From: Antechinus flavipes | Taxonomy: Eukaryota | DNA: 64,000 bases | Assembly (NCBI RefSeq): GCF_016432865.1 | Contig: NC_067399.1 | Coordinates: 319,114,001-319,178,000, forward strand | Direction: 5' to 3' | Shown here: piece by piece, positions 61,716 through 64,000 of the stretch | Layout: each line of letters begins with the position of its first letter | Position numbering within the stretch: position 1 is the first letter of the stretch | The notes under the pieces: generated by a model | Database searches by the model: none | What the model saw: only the letters and a program-made list of their open reading frames with translations | What the model was told of the DNA's origin: nothing | Translations under genes and position numbers: made by a program

Positions 61716-63249
61716 AAGATACAGAATAGATATCAGGCATAGGACAAGAATTTCTTTCCTTTACTACAAAATAAACACAACTCAAGCACAAATGAAAAAA
61801 AAATACTTAAAATAATTAGCCATCATACCTATTATACTGGCCCAGGAGGCAAAGATAACTTTGTGAGACTGCTGAGTAAATACTTCACATTCAGCTCAGA
61901 TCTGTTCTGTCTGAACAACTCACAAATTCCTTATCTCTGGGCTAGACATACATGGCCCTTTAGTCCTTTAGAGAAAGGTAATAGTATCAGTGGTTATCTT
62001 TTCTGAGAAGCAATATAGTCTCAGACAACATCTTCCTTTGGGCAGATGGCATAAACTCAGGAATCTAGACTCCCACAGAGGCTGTGCCAAGGCTGGAAAT
62101 GCCCTTTCAATATTTGATAACCTGAGCCCAGGGAAAGAAAAGACAAAGCAAAAGAGATCGCCAGAGACCTGTAGTGCAATCTTGAGTTGCTCTAGGCATC
62201 TATTCTTGTTGCCATGTGCTCATAGCCACCATTGATGACAAAAATGAAATAGAGCAGAGAAATTCCCTTCCCATCCTTCTAGAAGTCAGAGATTTGGTGT
62301 AAAATTGCCCCCAAAGAAACACACTAAAAAATGTGAGAGTTGTAGCTTAATTAGGTAAATGACTATTCTTGACCCAGTGATTTAATCACAAGGGACCAGT
62401 CAGGTCCCTTTTATTCCAAATTGCGCATCCTTCATCAAAGTGCTTGAGCATATAACCCCAGAAAAAAGTCCACACATATATTTACTTCATGGAAAGTATT
62501 TGATTCCCATAGATTAAGAAGTTTCCACGATTGCACCCACGAAATTCCCTTCTTTTCCTCTTCAATAATTATGGAAGAGGTCCAGAAAAAAAGGGCTTAG
62601 GACACATTTTTTTAGATCTTATACAAATATTAATTTAACTGGGTATTCTCAATGTGAGATACTTGTGAGATACTACCATGGGTTAGTCATTCAACAAACA
62701 TCTATTAAGAACTTACTCTATGACAAGCATTGTCCTAAGCACCGGCAATATAAAGAAAGGATAAAATCCAGTCCCTACTCTGAAGGAATTCACTTTCTAA
62801 TGAAGGAGATAATAAGCAAACAAGTATGTACATTTAAAATATAAACAGTATAAGTGGGAGGTAATCTTAGACCTCCACATATTTTTACTCTGATGTCTTT
62901 CTAATCAATTTCATCTAATAATCATGGGGGAATCACAATGATGGTGACATGAAGTACAGCACTGAACCCAAGTCCTCTTAACCTTCTTCTCTTTCCCTTA
63001 CACTAACAAGCTGGAAATGCCATGTGTAACTTTTTCTATAAGTCAACCAACATTTATTAAGCACCTACTGTTTGCAAGACACTGTGCTATATTAGGGATA
63101 CAAAAAGAAGCAGAAAATAGCCCCTGCCTTTACAGAGCTTACAATCTAATGGAGGAGACAAAATGCAAACAAATATGTACAAACCAAGCTACATATGAGA
63201 TAAAAAGAAAATAATTAAGAGAAGAAAGACACCAGAATTAACAGGGAAT

Positions 63250-63860
63250 TGATAAATGGACCTGTGAATGAGTATAACCATTTTGGAAAGCATTTTTGTA
63301 ATAATACACATATAAAAAAGACACTAAATAGTACTTATATTCCTTTTGACTAAGCTAGACTGTACAACCGTCAGACCTATACCCAAAAGAGATCAAAAGA
63401 AAAAAAGATTCTATATTTGCAAAAAAAAAAAAATTCTTTTTAAATTATAGCATCTCTTTTTGTAGTAGAAAAAAGAATCATAAATTAAGGGGATTCCCAG
63501 CAATTGGGGAATGGCTGAACAAATTGAAGCATATAAATTTGATAGAATATTATTGAATTATAAGAAGCAAGGAAATATTTGAAAGAGATATGTGAAGATT
63601 TATGTATTTACTAATGCAAAGTGAAGTAAGCAGAACTAGAAGAAAATTTTATATTGTAGCATCAATATTATAAAAATTAATAAATTTGGAGTCTTTTATA
63701 AATTGATGAAAAATAAGAATGAGCAGAATTAGGAGAGCAGTTGATACTATGAGAACATTGTAAAGACAAATAATTTGAAAGCTGGAAGAACTCTCATTAA
63801 TATAATGACCATCTATGATTACAAAGGATTGATGATAAAACAGACTATATCTACTTCAAG
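63250..63860 (+). mobile_element. Old L1 ORF2-end and 3' UTR fragment
   Basis: aaccattttggaaagc...ctatacccaaaagag...ggaatggctgaacaaattg...gcaaagtgaagtaagcagaac. Confidence 0.7.
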
Positions 63861-64000
63861 ACAGGTGATGAATTTCAGAATACCAAATGGTCTATACAAA
63901 AATGTATATAGCTAGATCTAGCTATATATTTATCTGGTTTAGCTATATTTTAGAATATAGTTAGATCTAGCTATATATTTATGTACATAAATGTATTATA

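Noticed and set aside
720-64000. Exons of the expected neighbours SYNDIG1L and ABCD4, and any prokaryote-type system (CRISPR, operons)
   Set aside because: No matching coding segments found by eye; the window is vertebrate DNA with no regularly spaced repeat-spacer array.

Overview
Eukaryotic (marsupial) genomic DNA from a draft assembly with two N gaps (40-719, 60448-60646). The repeat content (MAR1/MIR-core SINEs, WSINE1-type SINEs, marsupial L1 3' ends, an OC1-type hAT MITE) suggests a dasyurid, plausibly Tasmanian devil (inference). The only protein-coding gene I can support is VRTN (vertnin), a single coding exon on the minus strand. The ORF track starts it at 39234, but the true orthologous start is ATG 39293, directly after a clean splice acceptor. 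A one-base deficit near 39217-39219 separates the first 26 codons from the other 650, which is either an assembly error or a real frameshift. The protein has an N-terminal OTU-like fold without a catalytic Cys, carries a perfect 15-bp in-frame duplication, and has five HTH-like repeats of the form F/Y-P-x-x-S-R-S-T-Y-Y-x-W-K. Other points of interest: a probable L1 3' transduction bounded by a 19-bp TSD (53166-54048), an OC1-type hAT MITE with perfect 16-bp TIRs, a convergent pair of CTCF-like motifs, and several young TSD-flanked retroinsertions. The remaining short ORFs are low-complexity, repeat-derived or antisense artefacts. I found no exons of the expected neighbours SYNDIG1L or ABCD4. 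Repeat family names are from recall and repeat boundaries are approximate unless a TSD or TIR is quoted.
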